Shown here: positions 21,826-35,776 of the stretch, one piece after another
Position numbering within the stretch: the stretch's first letter is position 1
How the letters are laid out: every line of letters begins with the position of its first letter
Position numbers and translations under genes: made by a program
Origin: an uncultured delta proteobacterium
Lineage (GTDB): Bacteria; Myxococcota_A; UBA9160; UBA4427
NCBI GenBank assembly: GCA_963822965.1
Contig: CAWGJT010000010.1
Coordinates: 352,001 to 416,000 of the forward strand
DNA length: 64,000 bases
Reading direction: 5' to 3'
Notes under the pieces: model-generated
Told to the model about the DNA's origin: nothing
Databases searched by the model: none
Seen by the model: only the letters and a program-made list of their open reading frames with translations

Positions 21826-23229
21826 ATGGTCCTTCTCGAACGGCGGAGGAGCGCGCATCCGGCGCCGGACCGGCGCCCACGCACGGTCGCTCGCGCGCTG
21901 GCCGCCGCGGCGGTCGCCGGCTGGCTCGTCAGCGCCCTCGGCTGCGCCACCTACTCGGAACGCATCGAGTCGGCGACCCAGCGCCTCTCCCGGGGCGACT
22001 TCCCGGGCGCCATCGACGAAGTCGACGACGTGCTCGGCGTCGACTCGCCGGACGAGCTGCCGGACCACTGGGGACCCGACCGCCCGCTGGCCGTGCTCGA
22101 GCGTGGCTCGCTGCAGCAGGCCGTCGGCAACTTCGAGGGCAGCGTTCGCGACCTGAGCGCCGGCGAGACCGAGCTGGAGCTGCTCGACTACAAGACCGAC
22201 ACGGCAGGGCAGATCGGGAAGTACGTCTTCAGCGACAGCGCCCAGGACTACGAGACCCCGCCCACCGAGCGGCTCGCCCTGAACGCGGTCAACATGCTCA
22301 ACTACCTGGCGATCGGCGACTTCGCCGGGGCAGCCGTCGAGGCGCGACGCTTCACGGTGATGCGCGACTACCTCGCCTCGGTCGGACTCGACCGACACGC
22401 TTCCTTCGGTGCGTACCTCGCCGGGCTGGCGTTCGAGCGCCTGGGCGAGGGAGACCGGGCGCTTCGCTACTACGAGGAGGCCATGGAAGGGGGCGTCCTG
22501 CCGACCCTGGCCGAGCCCGTTTCGCGTCTCGCCCGCGCGAACCCCTACCGCGGGCCCCGCATCCGGGAGCTGCTCGCGGAGGCGCCTTCGGGCCCGCAGG
22601 CCGGGGTGCCGAGCGAGATCGTCACGGTGCTCTCCCTCGGGCGCGTGCCCTACAAGGTGCCGGAACGCATGCCCATCGGTGCCGCCATCGGCGTCGCCGG
22701 AACCTACATCACGGGCAACCCGGAGGTGCTGGCGCGCAGCGTCTTCAAGGTGGTCGTCTATCCCGACCTCAAGGACTCGGGAAGCCTCGCGCGCGACGGG
22801 CAGGTGCAGATCGACGGAAACGTGGCGCCCGTCGACCGACTCTCGAGCCTGGGTGCGGACATCCGTAGGGAGTACGAGCTGATCAAGCCCCGGATCATCG
22901 CAGCCGCGTTGACGCGAATGATCGCCCGGGCCGGGGCGGCCGAGGCGGCTCGTTATGCCGGTCGACAGGCGGGGGGCGGCGTGGGGCAGGTCGTCGGCTT
23001 GCTGGCGGCACTCGCCACCGAGGGCGCCCTCGTGGGCCTCGACAAGCCCGACACGCGTTCGTGGACGATGCTCGCCGACTACGTGCTCGTCTCGCGCAGG
23101 GTCGTCGAGCCCGGCGACCACGTCGTGAAGGTGCGAGTGAGCGGACCCTCCCTCGCGATCGTACGCGACGTTCCCGTCAGCGTCCCGAAGCACGGGGTCG
23201 TGGTGGTGGTGGTGACGGAGCCGCGCTAG
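21826..23229 (+). CDS. COG3014-like TPR lipoprotein
   Basis: Lipobox ALGC, LERG motif, C-terminal KPDTRSWTML; typical neighbour of lpoB. Confidence 0.78.
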   Translation: MVLLERRRSAHPAPDRRPRTVARALAAAAVAGWLVSALGCATYSERIESATQRLSRGDFPGAIDEVDDVLGVDSPDELPDHWGPDRPLAVLERGSLQQAVGNFEGSVRDLSAGETELELLDYKTDTAGQIGKYVFSDSAQDYETPPTERLALNAVNMLNYLAIGDFAGAAVEARRFTVMRDYLASVGLDRHASFGAYLAGLAFERLGEGDRALRYYEEAMEGGVLPTLAEPVSRLARANPYRGPRIRELLAEAPSGPQAGVPSEIVTVLSLGRVPYKVPERMPIGAAIGVAGTYITGNPEVLARSVFKVVVYPDLKDSGSLARDGQVQIDGNVAPVDRLSSLGADIRREYELIKPRIIAAALTRMIARAGAAEAARYAGRQAGGGVGQVVGLLAALATEGALVGLDKPDTRSWTMLADYVLVSRRVVEPGDHVVKVRVSGPSLAIVRDVPVSVPKHGVVVVVVTEPR

Positions 23230-23395
23230 AGGCCCGGCCGGAAAGTGTACCGCGGCACCGAGAGCGTCATCCGCGGCGTCCTGGCAAGGCGCGCGACCGA
23301 GGCGTAGCCGAAGCTACGGCGACGGGAGCGGAACGCAGCCGGGGCGCCGCGGGGCGCTCGAATGCAGGTCGCACTTTCCGGCCGGGCCTTCCTAG
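23226..23395. mobile_element. MITE-like inverted-repeat element (about 165 bp)
   Basis: Perfect 18-bp terminal IRs AGGCCCGGCCGGAAAGTG (23230-23247) and CACTTTCCGGCCGGGCCT (23372-23389); CTAG on both flanks; nested internal IRs. Confidence 0.65.
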
Positions 23396-23567
23396 GAGCC
23401 TTCAGCCCAGGAGAAGAGCCTTCAGCCCAGGAGAAGAGCCCTCAGCCCAGGAGAAGAGCCCTCAGCCCAGGAGAAGAGCCCTCAGCCCAGGAGAAGAGCC
23501 CTCAGCCCAGGAGAAGGAGCCCTCAGCCCAGGAGAAGAGCCCTCAGCCCAGGAGAAGAGCCTTCAGC
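23396..23567. repeat. 8 tandem copies of a 20-bp unit
   Basis: (C/T)TCAGCCCAGGAGAAGAGCC from 23401 to 23561 (one copy has 21 bp), plus partial flanking copies. Confidence 0.97.
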
Positions 23568-24358
23568 GGTTCTTCTCGAACAGGATCCGCAGCCCTTCGA
23601 GGGTCAGGAACGGGACCACCTCTTCGATCGTGCTGGTCTCCCGGGCGATGCGCCCCGCCAGGCCGCCCGTGGCGATCACCCGGGCGGGCTGCTCGTCGAG
23701 CTCGCCGTCGGATGCGCTCCACCATCGAGTCGACCAGGCCCGCGTAGCCGTAGAGCAGGCCCGACTGGAGGGCCCCGGTGGTGGTCTTGCCGATGACCTG
23801 CCTGGGGCGGGCGATCTCCACACGATGCAGCTTCGAGGTGCGCTCGAAGAGCGCCTCCATCGAGATGTGGATGCCCGGGAAGATGCAGCCGCCCATGTAC
23901 TCGCCCTTGCCGGACACGCAGTCGAAGGTGGTCGCCGTGCCGAAGTCCACCGCGATCACCGGTCCGCCGAACATCTCGTAGGCGGCCACCGAGTTGACGA
24001 TGCGGTCGGCGCCCACCTCGTGCGGGTTCTCGTAGCGGACGGGCATTCCCGTGCGCATGCCGGGGCCGACGACGTGGGGCTCTCGGTCGAAGAGCTTGGA
24101 GATGACGCGCTCCCAGATCGGAAGCAGAGGAGGCACCACGCTCGAGATGATCACGTCCGTGACCTCCGAGGCGTCCCGCCCCTCCTGGGCGAAGAGGGCG
24201 CGCAGGGAGATGGCGAGCTCGTCGGAGGTGTGCTCGCGATGGGTGCTGAGCCGCCAGTGATGGATCGGGTCCTCCTTGCCCGGCGTCTGCTTCGCGTAGT
24301 CGAATACGCCGAGGGAGACGTTCGTGTTTCCGATGTCGATGACGAGCAGGACGGTCAT
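23563..24358 (-). CDS. coaX: Type III pantothenate kinase (frameshift near 23710)
   Basis: [29 protein letters not shown]-terminal VIATGG...LTLEGL in another frame. Confidence 0.92.
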
Positions 24359-25366
24359 CCGGCGGCTCCGGTCGGGGGCTCGGACAGGGTCACGTCGCCG
24401 GCGATGACGCGCTCCACCCGGCCGTCGTCGTGCTCCAGCTCGAGGGCGCCGTCGTGTGCGATGCCCATCGCGGTTCCCCGCAGCGTCTCGCCGTGCATGC
24501 CGTGCACCTCGATCCGGCGGCCGCGCATACGGAACCACGCGTCGAAGCGGCCGCGAAGGCCGTCGAAGCCCTTCTCGGCGTGCAGCTCGAACAGCTCCTC
24601 CAGGAAGCCGTACAGGCGTCGGGTGAAGGCGATCCGGTCGACGTGCGCGCCGGAGGCGGCCGCCAGGCTGGTGGCCCGGGAGCGGAACTCGTCCGGCAGC
24701 TCGTTCCTCTCGACGTTGAGGTTCACGCCGATCCCCAGGATCGCGAAGCCGACCCGGGTCGCCTCGGCGTTCATCTCCATCAGGATGCCCGAGGTCTTGA
24801 GCCCGTCGATCAGCACGTCGTTGGGCCACTTGATCTCGACCCGTCCCGGGTCCGCCAGTCCCGCCACCACGGCCTCGGCCACGCCGATCGCTGCGGCGAG
24901 GATGAGCGTGGGCGCCTCGCCGATGGTGAGATCGGGGCGCAGCACGATCGACGTGTACAGGTTGCGTCCGGGAGGCGAGAAGAACGATGCGTCCGAGGCG
25001 CCCCCGGCCCGCCGTCTGGTGCTCGGCGATGACGGTCGTGCCCTGGCCGGCGCCGTCGCGGGCCAGCTCGAAGGCCACCCGATTCGTCGAGTCGAGCTCC
25101 TCGAAGTAGAGGATCTCGCGGGCGAGCCAGCGGGTGTCGAGGCCTGCCTGGATCTCCTCGGGATAGAGCCGGTCCGGGACCCCGACGAGCTCGTAGCCGC
25201 CGCCCGGCGCCCCGGCGATCTCGTAGCCCCGCTGGCGCAGCAGCTCGACGTGCTTCCAGACGGCGGCGCGGGAAACGCCGAGATCCTCGGAGAGGGACTC
25301 GCCGGAGCGCTGCTTGCCCCGCGCGAGCCGAAGGGCCTCGAGCACGCGAGCCGCTCCCTCGTTCAT
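24355..25366 (-). CDS. birA: Bifunctional biotin ligase/repressor (frameshift near 24990)
   Basis: HTH SGESLSEDLGVSRAAVWKHV, DSTN, QTAGRGRLGR, IKWPND, GIGVN. Confidence 0.93.
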
Positions 25367-26226
25367 CGCAGGGGCTCCTGGATCATCTCGAGCGCGAGGT
25401 CCGCGGCGGGGGCCGAGTGGGTGAGGGCGCCCACCGAGATGCGATGGACGCCGGAGGTGGCGTGCTCGCGCACGTTGTGCAGGCCGATTCCACCGGACGC
25501 CTCGAGCAGCACGCCCTGGGGCGCCTCCTGGGCGATGCGCCGGCACACCGCCGGCGGGCAGTTGTCCAGCAGCAGGAAGCTCGCGCCCGCGGCGATCGCC
25601 TCTTCGGCCTCTTCGGGGGACTGCACCTCGACCTGCACGCGCAGACCGGCCGGGGCTCCGGCGATGGCGGACTTGACGGCCGTCGTGACGCCTCCGGCCG
25701 CAGCGATGTGGTTGTCCTTCAGCAGGATGCCGTCGAAGAGGCCCACCCGATGATTGACGGCGCCGCCGACCGCCGCCGCGTACTTGTCGAGCACGCGCCA
25801 CCCCGGGAGGGTCTTGCGGGTGTCGACGATCGCGACGCCGGTCCCCGCGACCGCCTCGACGAAGCGGCGCGCCTGCTGCGCGATGCCGCAGAGTCGCGTC
25901 AGGAAGTTCAGCGCCGTTCGCTCGGCGGTGAGAATCGAGCGCACCGGGCCGGAGACGAGCAGCAGGGGGGCGTTCGCGCCGACGAGATCGCCCTCGGCCA
26001 CCCGGCGCTCGAGCACCAGGTCCGCGTCGACCTGCCGGAACACCTCCTCGGCCACGTCGAGCCCACAGACCACGACGTCCTCCCGGGCTTCGATCCGCGC
26101 GCGCCCCCGGGCGTCGGCCGGAATGGAGAGGGCCGAGGTGACGTCGCCGGGACCGACGTCCTCCGCGAGGGCCCACTCCACCAGGGGACGCCAGGCAGAA
26201 CGGGGCGGGCAGGCAGGGATGGACAT
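25363..26226 (-). CDS. nadC: Nicotinate-nucleotide pyrophosphorylase
   Basis: AEDVGPGDVTS, AERTALN, DTRKT, LLKDNH, LLLDN, EASGG. Confidence 0.96.
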   Translation of the reverse strand: MSIPACPPRSAWRPLVEWALAEDVGPGDVTSALSIPADARGRARIEAREDVVVCGLDVAEEVFRQVDADLVLERRVAEGDLVGANAPLLLVSGPVRSILTAERTALNFLTRLCGIAQQARRFVEAVAGTGVAIVDTRKTLPGWRVLDKYAAAVGGAVNHRVGLFDGILLKDNHIAAAGGVTTAVKSAIAGAPAGLRVQVEVQSPEEAEEAIAAGASFLLLDNCPPAVCRRIAQEAPQGVLLEASGGIGLHNVREHATSGVHRISVGALTHSAPAADLALEMIQEPLR

Positions 26227-26340
26227 GGGGCAGGGCTCCTGCGCGCCGCCGGTGCGGGCGCGGACGCGGAGCTTAGCCCGGATCGTTCACGAGCTCCCGA
26301 TGGAAGGAGCCAGAGACCGGCCCGCGCGAGCGCGCAGGCC

Positions 26341-28191
26341 TCAGCCTTCGCCCTTCATGCGGCGGATCTCTTCCTGAATCAGCGTCTCCGCCATCTGCGG
26401 CACGATCTCCCAGACGACGGACTCGACCCGCTGCAGCACCTGCCGGACGATCGAGTCCGAGAGGTCCGCGAAGGCCTCCCAGGCGACCTTCTCGAGGGTC
26501 TCGTGGATCTGCTGCCGCAGGACGGGTGACACGTCGGGACCGCCCCCGGCGGCCATCCCGTAGTCCGTGGCCATCACCTCGGGCTCGATCGGGGCAGGCA
26601 CGGGGGCGCGAGCCGGCGCCGGCGGCGTCGTCGCCGACCCGGGACCGCCCGAAGCGAGCGGGTCCCCGAGGTCGGAGATCGAGACGTCGTAGTCACCGCT
26701 GTGGGTCGACTCGGCGGCATCGGCGATGGCCGGGGCGTCGAGCTCGGTGTCGAGGGTGGGGTCGCTCACCTCGAAGGCGTCGGGCTCGGGTCCCATTCCG
26801 GCCAGCGGGTCGGTGCTGTCGTCCGCCCCCAGGTCGGCCCGGGGGGCCTCCGGCGGCGCGGCGGGCATGCTGTCCTCGAACTCGAAGCCCGAGTCGGAGT
26901 TCACGACGGCCGGAGGAATGGATGCCGAGACGGCCGGAGGCACGGGTGCCGAGACGGCCGGAGGCACGGGTGCCGAGACGGCCGGAGGCACGGGTGCCGA
27001 GACGGCCGGAGGCACGGGTGCCGAGACGGCCGGAGGCACGGGTGCCGAGACGGCCGGAGGCACGGGTGCCGAGACGGGCGGAGGCACGGGTGCCGAGACG
27101 GCCGGAGGCACGGGTGCCGAGGCGACCGGAGGAGCCGGTGCCGTCGGGATCGGCGGCGGCGTGGGTCCGGCCGCGACGGACGGAGCCGGCGGCGGCGCGC
27201 TCGTCGGTCGGGGCGTCGGAGCCGGCGAGGGCGTCATCCGGGCGGGCTCGTCGAACAGATCGTCCGCGAGCATCGTCTCGGCGCGCTCCTCGCTCGGGGG
27301 CGGTCGGGGCGGCGCCGGGGCGACGCCGGGCTCGGCCAGTCGGGCGTCCAGCGACTCGACCCGAGGCGGCGCGCTCGCGAACTCGTGCTCGACGACGGTC
27401 TCGCCCAGGTGCACCTGGGTGGCGCCGGGCGCGGGAGGCGCTTGCGGGGTCGGCGCCGGTCGGCTCTCTTCCTCCAGCACCGCCACGGTCATGTCCTCGG
27501 CCCCGTCTCCCTCGTCGAGCTCGAAGTTGGTGTCGAGGGTGGCCGGCTCACCCGGCTCCTGGCCGGCGAAGGCATCGAGGTCCGAGCCGAACTCGAAGGC
27601 GTCGTCCAGGTCGCCGCTGCTCGTGGCGGCGGGCTCCTCGGGAGCGGCAAGCTCCTGGACCTCGTCGTCGAAGAAGTCGTACGTCTCGCTGTGGGCGGGC
27701 GGCGGCGTCTGCGGCGCCCGCTGCGGAGGCGCCTGCTGCGGGGGCGCCTGCTGCGGCGGAGCCTGCTGGGGCGGCGCCTGCTGCTGGGGCGGCGCCGGCG
27801 CGGCGGCGGGCGGCGCCGCCGGCGTCCGGGAGAGCAGGTCGGTGACCCGGTCTACCAGACCCTGTGCTTCGAACGGCTTCGTGATGTGTCCGTCGGAGCC
27901 GACCTCGCGTGCGCGGTTCTCGTCGAAGGCCTCGAACGTGCCCGTCAGCAGCAGCACGGGAATGTGGCGAAGGTCCGGGTCGGACTTGATCGACTGACAG
28001 ACCTCATAGCCGTTCTTGCCCGGCATCACGACGTCCGCCAGCACGAGGTCCGGACGCGCGGTGCGTGCCCGGGTGAGGGCGTCGTCCCCGTTGTCGGTAG
28101 TGATGAGCTCGACGTCTTCGTTGGCGAAGCTCAGGCCCACCAGCTTCTGGATCACGACGCTGTCGTCCGCCAGCAGCAGGGTCTTCGGCAT
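26341..28191 (-). CDS. romR: RomR-like polarity response regulator
   Basis: Receiver MPKTLLLADDS...LADVVMPGKNGYEVC...GTFEAFDENRAR...TKPFE; long Pro/acidic linker; C-terminal WEIVPQMAETLIQEEIRR like the RomR-C helix. Confidence 0.85.
   Translation of the reverse strand: MPKTLLLADDSVVIQKLVGLSFANEDVELITTDNGDDALTRARTARPDLVLADVVMPGKNGYEVCQSIKSDPDLRHIPVLLLTGTFEAFDENRAREVGSDGHITKPFEAQGLVDRVTDLLSRTPAAPPAAAPAPPQQQAPPQQAPPQQAPPQQAPPQRAPQTPPPAHSETYDFFDDEVQELAAPEEPAATSSGDLDDAFEFGSDLDAFAGQEPGEPATLDTNFELDEGDGAEDMTVAVLEEESRPAPTPQAPPAPGATQVHLGETVVEHEFASAPPRVESLDARLAEPGVAPAPPRPPPSEERAETMLADDLFDEPARMTPSPAPTPRPTSAPPPAPSVAAGPTPPPIPTAPAPPVASAPVPPAVSAPVPPPVSAPVPPAVSAPVPPAVSAPVPPAVSAPVPPAVSAPVPPAVSAPVPPAVSASIPPAVVNSDSGFEFEDSMPAAPPEAPRADLGADDSTDPLAGMGPEPDAFEVSDPTLDTELDAPAIADAAESTHSGDYDVSISDLGDPLASGGPGSATTPPAPARAPVPAPIEPEVMATDYGMAAGGGPDVSPVLRQQIHETLEKVAWEAFADLSDSIVRQVLQRVESVVWEIVPQMAETLIQEEIRRMKGEG
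26923..27121. repeat. 8 x 24-bp coding tandem repeat (VPPAVSAP) in the romR linker
   Basis: TGCCGAGACGGCCGGAGGCACGGG units, nearly identical. Confidence 0.95.
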
Positions 28192-28422
28192 TGTCTTCCC
28201 CCTCGACCCGACCCGGCCTGCGGGTGGTCGCGATGGTTCGCAGCGTACCTCGTGCGTACTATCGTCGCCTGACGCCTCGGAATTGAATGGATTTTGCCAG
28301 GGGATCCCGGCGCTGGACGAGGCGGGCTGTCAAGGTGAAGCTTCGGCGCTCCGATGTGGGTGTGAAAGCTCCCGTCGGGCGTTCTCCCGACGCGAGTCGG
28401 CGGTGCAAAGGGGAGCCGGGAG

Positions 28423-29157
28423 ATGAAGCTGTCCACCGCAGCTTGTACGGACGTGGGTCTGCGCAGACAGGCGAACGAGGACAGCTTCGCGACGGCTCCC
28501 GAGCTGGGGCTCTACGTGGTGGCGGACGGCATGGGCGGCCACCGGGCGGGCAAGGTGGCGAGCGAGCTCGCTACCGAGCACGCGCTGCGGGCGATCCGCG
28601 CCCTCCAGGGGGCGACGGCGAGCCCCGCCGAGAAGCTCCGTCAGGCGGTCTCCTGCGCGAATCGCGAGATCCACGAGACCGCCAGGACGCAACGCCCGAG
28701 CTCTCGGGCATGGGCACGACCCTGGTTGCCATCCTGGCCGGGGACGAGCGCGTGGCGCTGGCCCACGTGGGGGACAGCCGGGCCTACCTGATCCGCGCGG
28801 GTCGCATCCGCCAGCTCACCGACGACCACTCGCTGGTGGCGCGAGCTGGTGAGGCGGCGGCGAGATCAGCGAGGACGACGCCCGCGAGCATCCCCACCGC
28901 CACGTGCTGACCCGCGCGCTGGGCGTGCGCGCCCGCCGTCGAGCCGGACCTGGCGGAGCTGACGCCGGCGGCCGGCGACGTTTCGTGCTGTGCTCGGACG
29001 GCCTGACGACCCACCTGCGGGACGACGCGAGATCGCTGGAGCTGGTCGCCGCAGGATGCCGAGCTCGAGAAGGCCTGCGACACGCTGGTGGACATGGCGA
29101 ACGACCGCGGCGGCGAGGACAACATGACCGTCGTCGCTCGTCCGCTTCGACGGCTGA
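28423..29157 (+). CDS. PP2C-family Ser/Thr phosphatase (several frameshifts)
   Basis: [45 protein letters not shown] spread across frames; end approximate. Confidence 0.88.
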
Positions 29158-29252
29158 GCGGGCGACGCCGAAGGCGCCGCAGCTTTCGAGCCGGGGCCGG
29201 GCTCCGCGAGCTTGGAGAGTCAGCGAGCGGTGCACGAGCTTCGCCGTCGCGA

Positions 29253-30020
29253 CTACCGCGCTCGACCATGCCCTTCAGCTTGAGCGCAGGCGCAGCACCG
29301 CCTTCGTGTGGATCTGGCACACGCGCGACTCGGTGATGCCGAGGATGCTGCCGATCTCCTTCATGTTGAGATCTTCGTAGTAGTAGAGCGAGATCACCAG
29401 GCGCTCCTTCTCGGGCAGCGTGCCGATCGTGTCGGAGATCACGTGCTTGGTCTCGATGCAGCTTGAGCGAGGCGAAGGGGTTCTCGGAGTGGACGTCCTC
29501 GATGATGTCCGCGAAGGTGCCGGCGCGGTCGCCGTCGGAGTTCGTGCCGCGGATCTCCTCGAGGTTCACCAGCGAGATGCCGCGCACCTGGTTCAGCAGC
29601 TCGTGGAACTTGTCGATCTGGAGGCCCAGGGAATCGGCCACCTCGTCCTCGGTGGCGGTGTCGGCCGAGACGCTGCTCCACCTCGCCGTAGGCGCGCTCG
29701 AGCTTGCGGCTCTTCTGGCGCACGCTGCGCGGAACCCAGTCGAGGGAGCGCAGCTGGTCGAGGATCGCGCCCTTGATGCGGAACTCGGCGTAGGTCTTGA
29801 ACTTGCAGTTCTTCTCGGGATCGTACTTCTCGATCGCGTCCATCAGACCGATGACGCCCGTGTTGTGCAGGTCGTCGAGGTCGATGTGGGACGGAAGCCG
29901 TACGGCGATGCGGTTGACGATGTAGCGGATGAGGGGCGTGTGCTCGAGGACGATCTGCTCCTTGAGCGTCGGCGGGATCTCGTTGTACTTCTCCTTGGCA
30001 TCGCGGAGCAGCGTCTCCAT
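29253..30020 (-). CDS. fliA: FliA/WhiG family sigma factor (frameshifted)
   Basis: [29 protein letters not shown]...[27 protein letters not shown]; region 4 in another frame; end approximate. Confidence 0.9.
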
Positions 30021-30102
30021 CCGACGGGTTCTCCTGGGAGTGGCTTCGTGCATTCCACGGGCCGGCTCTGTGCCTACCCGCCGTGTGACGGGCGGGTGGG
30101 AC

Positions 30103-30120
30103 TGCACGGCTGAATGCCAA
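30103..30120 (-). promoter_or_regulatory. Possible sigma54 promoter upstream of fliA
   Basis: TTGGCATTCAGCCGTGCA. GG-to-GC spacing is 11 rather than 10, in an indel-rich region. Confidence 0.3.
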
Positions 30121-30489
30121 CGCTGGTACTGGAATCGCCCGGGGTCCCGAATTCGAGACGCAGCAGCCGCAATCGCGTCGTTCTCGACGCCGCAACCAAC
30201 TGGAGTGGCAAGGGAATTCGATTTCGACGCACAGGGGCTGCGCTGTGCAACGCCGTGCGGACCGGTGGTGCCGCCGCGGGCGGCGGCCCGGCGGCTCTGG
30301 CGCAGGAGCGTTGGGATTTTGGCGGGACTGCGCGCCCGGGAGTTACGAAACCGTCGCTCGGTACCCGGGTCGGTCGCCGCTTGCGACCGACCCGGGCAGG
30401 GGGCACGGGGACGGGGGCTGGCGGCGCGGCGGGTGGAGTACGGGGATGCCCGCGCCTGCGGTGGAGGACCGCTTCGCGTGGAGGACCGT

Positions 30490-31899
<1,410 letters not shown>

Positions 31900-32056
31900 C
31901 TCTTCATGGGGAGGGCGCAATCCTCCGGCAGAGCGGAGGGGGGTGCCGCGCATTGTAGAGGCAGGCTTCCCGGCATTCAAGCATTCTTCGCACCGGCGAT
32001 GCCGGTCGTCGGCCCGGCTTCTCAAGGGTCCCGATTTCGGGACCGATAGGGGAGCC

Positions 32057-33577
32057 ATGGATCCCTCCCGCTCGCTTCCCTGGACCGAGTCCGCACCCCC
32101 GGTCGGCGAGGACCGTTCGGCCCGCGACGTCGATCGGGGGACCGGGATGGTCCTCGTGGTGGACGACGAGCCGCTCCTGCTGCGCTCGCTGCGCCGGATC
32201 CTCGAATCCGATGGGCAGCGCGTCGTGCTCGCCGGAGACCCCGAGGCGAGCCGAGACTCCTTCGCCGACCCCGACCTGGACGTGGTGCTGCTCGATCTCG
32301 TCATGGGGCGCGACCAGCGGGCTCGACGTGCTGGAGCGGCTGAAGCAGGAGCATCCCGAGGTGGAGGTCATCGTGATGACCGGCCACGCCAGCATCCAGA
32401 GCGCGGTCGGCTGCATCCGCCGCGGGGCCTTCGACTACCTGGCGAAGCCCTTCGACGACATGCATCGGGTGCGCACCACCGTGCGCAAGGCGCTGGAGCG
32501 CCGCCGCCTGCTGCGCCGCAATCGCGAGCTGGAGGAGGAGCTGCGGGGCCGCGACGCCCTGGCCGGGCTGCTCGGGCTCGCCGATGGCCATGCGCTCGGT
32601 ATCGCGCACGATCGCAGCCTGCTGCCACAACGAGAGCCACGTGCTGATCGCAGGGCGAGAGCGGTACCGGCAAGGAGCTGGTGGCCCGGGCCCTCCACGC
32701 CACCAGCCCGCCGGGCCGCCGGCCCCTTCGTGCCGGTGGACTGCGGCGCGCTGCCCGAGACGCATCATCGAGAGCGAGCTGTTCGGCCACGAGAAGGGGG
32801 CCTTCACGGACGCGGTGGGTGCCGCAGGGGCTCTTCCGGACGCGCCCACGGCGGCACGCTCTTCCTCGACGAGGTCGGGAGAGCTGCCGCTGGCCGTCCA
32901 GGCGAAGCTGCTCCGCGCGCTCCAGCAGCGGGAGGTGCGGCCGGTCGGCGCCACCCAGGCGATCCCGGTGGACATCCGGATCGTGTGCGCGACGAACCGC
33001 GACCTCGAGGCGATGGTCGAGGCCGGAACCTTCCGGGCGGACCTCTACTACCGCCTGAACGTCGTGGTCCTGCGGATGCCGCCGCTGCGCGAGCGGGTCT
33101 CGGACATTCCGGTGCTCGTCCACCACTTCCTCGCCAAGCACGCGGTCCGGGCCGGCTCGCCGTCGAGGGCATCGACGAGGAGGCGCTGGAGCGAGCTCGC
33201 GGGCCGCGACTGGCCCGGCAACGTGCGCGAGCTGGAGAACATGCATCGAGTCGGCGCTGGCGCTCGCGCACGGGCCCGCGGCTCTGCGTGCGCGGACCTG
33301 CCGCCCGTGTCCCGGGATCGCCCCGCCGGACGTCCAGGGCGGACGGCGGCGGCGCCTGCCGCTCTCCCTCGAGGCCTACGAACGCTGCGCACTGGAGCGA
33401 GCGCTGCGGGAGGCCGACGGCGACGCGACGGCAGCGGCCCGTCGTCTCGGCATCGGTCGCAGCACCTTCTACCGCAAGCTGGCTCGCTTCGGAATCCGCG
33501 GCACCGCGGAGTCCGAGCCTCACCCGCCGCTGGTGCCGCCGCCTTGCGGGGTTGGAACGCCCCGGTCGATCCGCTAG
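32057..33577 (+). CDS. Sigma54-dependent response regulator (NtrC family; frameshifted)
   Basis: [53 protein letters not shown], Fis-type HTH. Confidence 0.88.
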
Positions 33578-33688
33578 GGTCCCGCGCGTCCCCCCCATGT
33601 GTGACGCGCGAGACTCGATGCGTCCGACGGGATCTCGCGACGAGACCCGGTTCCTTCGGCGCATCCCGACGCATGAGGAGCGCGGCGC

Positions 33689-35358
<1,670 letters not shown>

Positions 35359-35362
<4 letters not shown>

Positions 35363-35736
35363 CGGTGGCTGACGCGCGACCCGTGCGACTCCTGCTCGTC
35401 GACGACGAGGCCCAGATCCTGGCTGCACTCCGTCGGAGCCTGCGACGGGAGGGCTACGAGCTGGTGACGGCCCAGACTCCGCGCGAAGCGCTGGAGCGGC
35501 TGCAGGAGCAGGACTTCGACGCCATCCTCAGCGACCACAAGATGCCGGGGATGACCGGGCTCGAGCTGCTCGAGCGGGCGGCGCACCTGCAGCCGACCGC
35601 CGCGCGGCTCCTGATCACGGGCTGGTCCCGGGCGGTTTCCCGCGAGCAGATCGCCGCCGCCGAGATCCACGCCGTGCTGCCGAAGCCCTGGGAGGACGCC
35701 GAGCTCAAGGACGCCCTGCGCAAGGCGCTGGGCTGA
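35359..35736 (+). CDS. Single-domain response regulator
   Basis: LLLVDDE, ILSDHKMPGMTG, LITG, KPW; GTGA overlap with the kinase stop. Confidence 0.9.
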
Positions 35737-35776
35737 GAGGGCGGCCGGGCGAGGACTCCCGCGAGACCCGGCCCGG

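Noticed and set aside
23396..23567. CRISPR array, or the 23362-23796 ORF as a protein
   Set aside because: No spacers; the 20-bp period cycles through reading frames, so the ORF is a by-product of the repeat.
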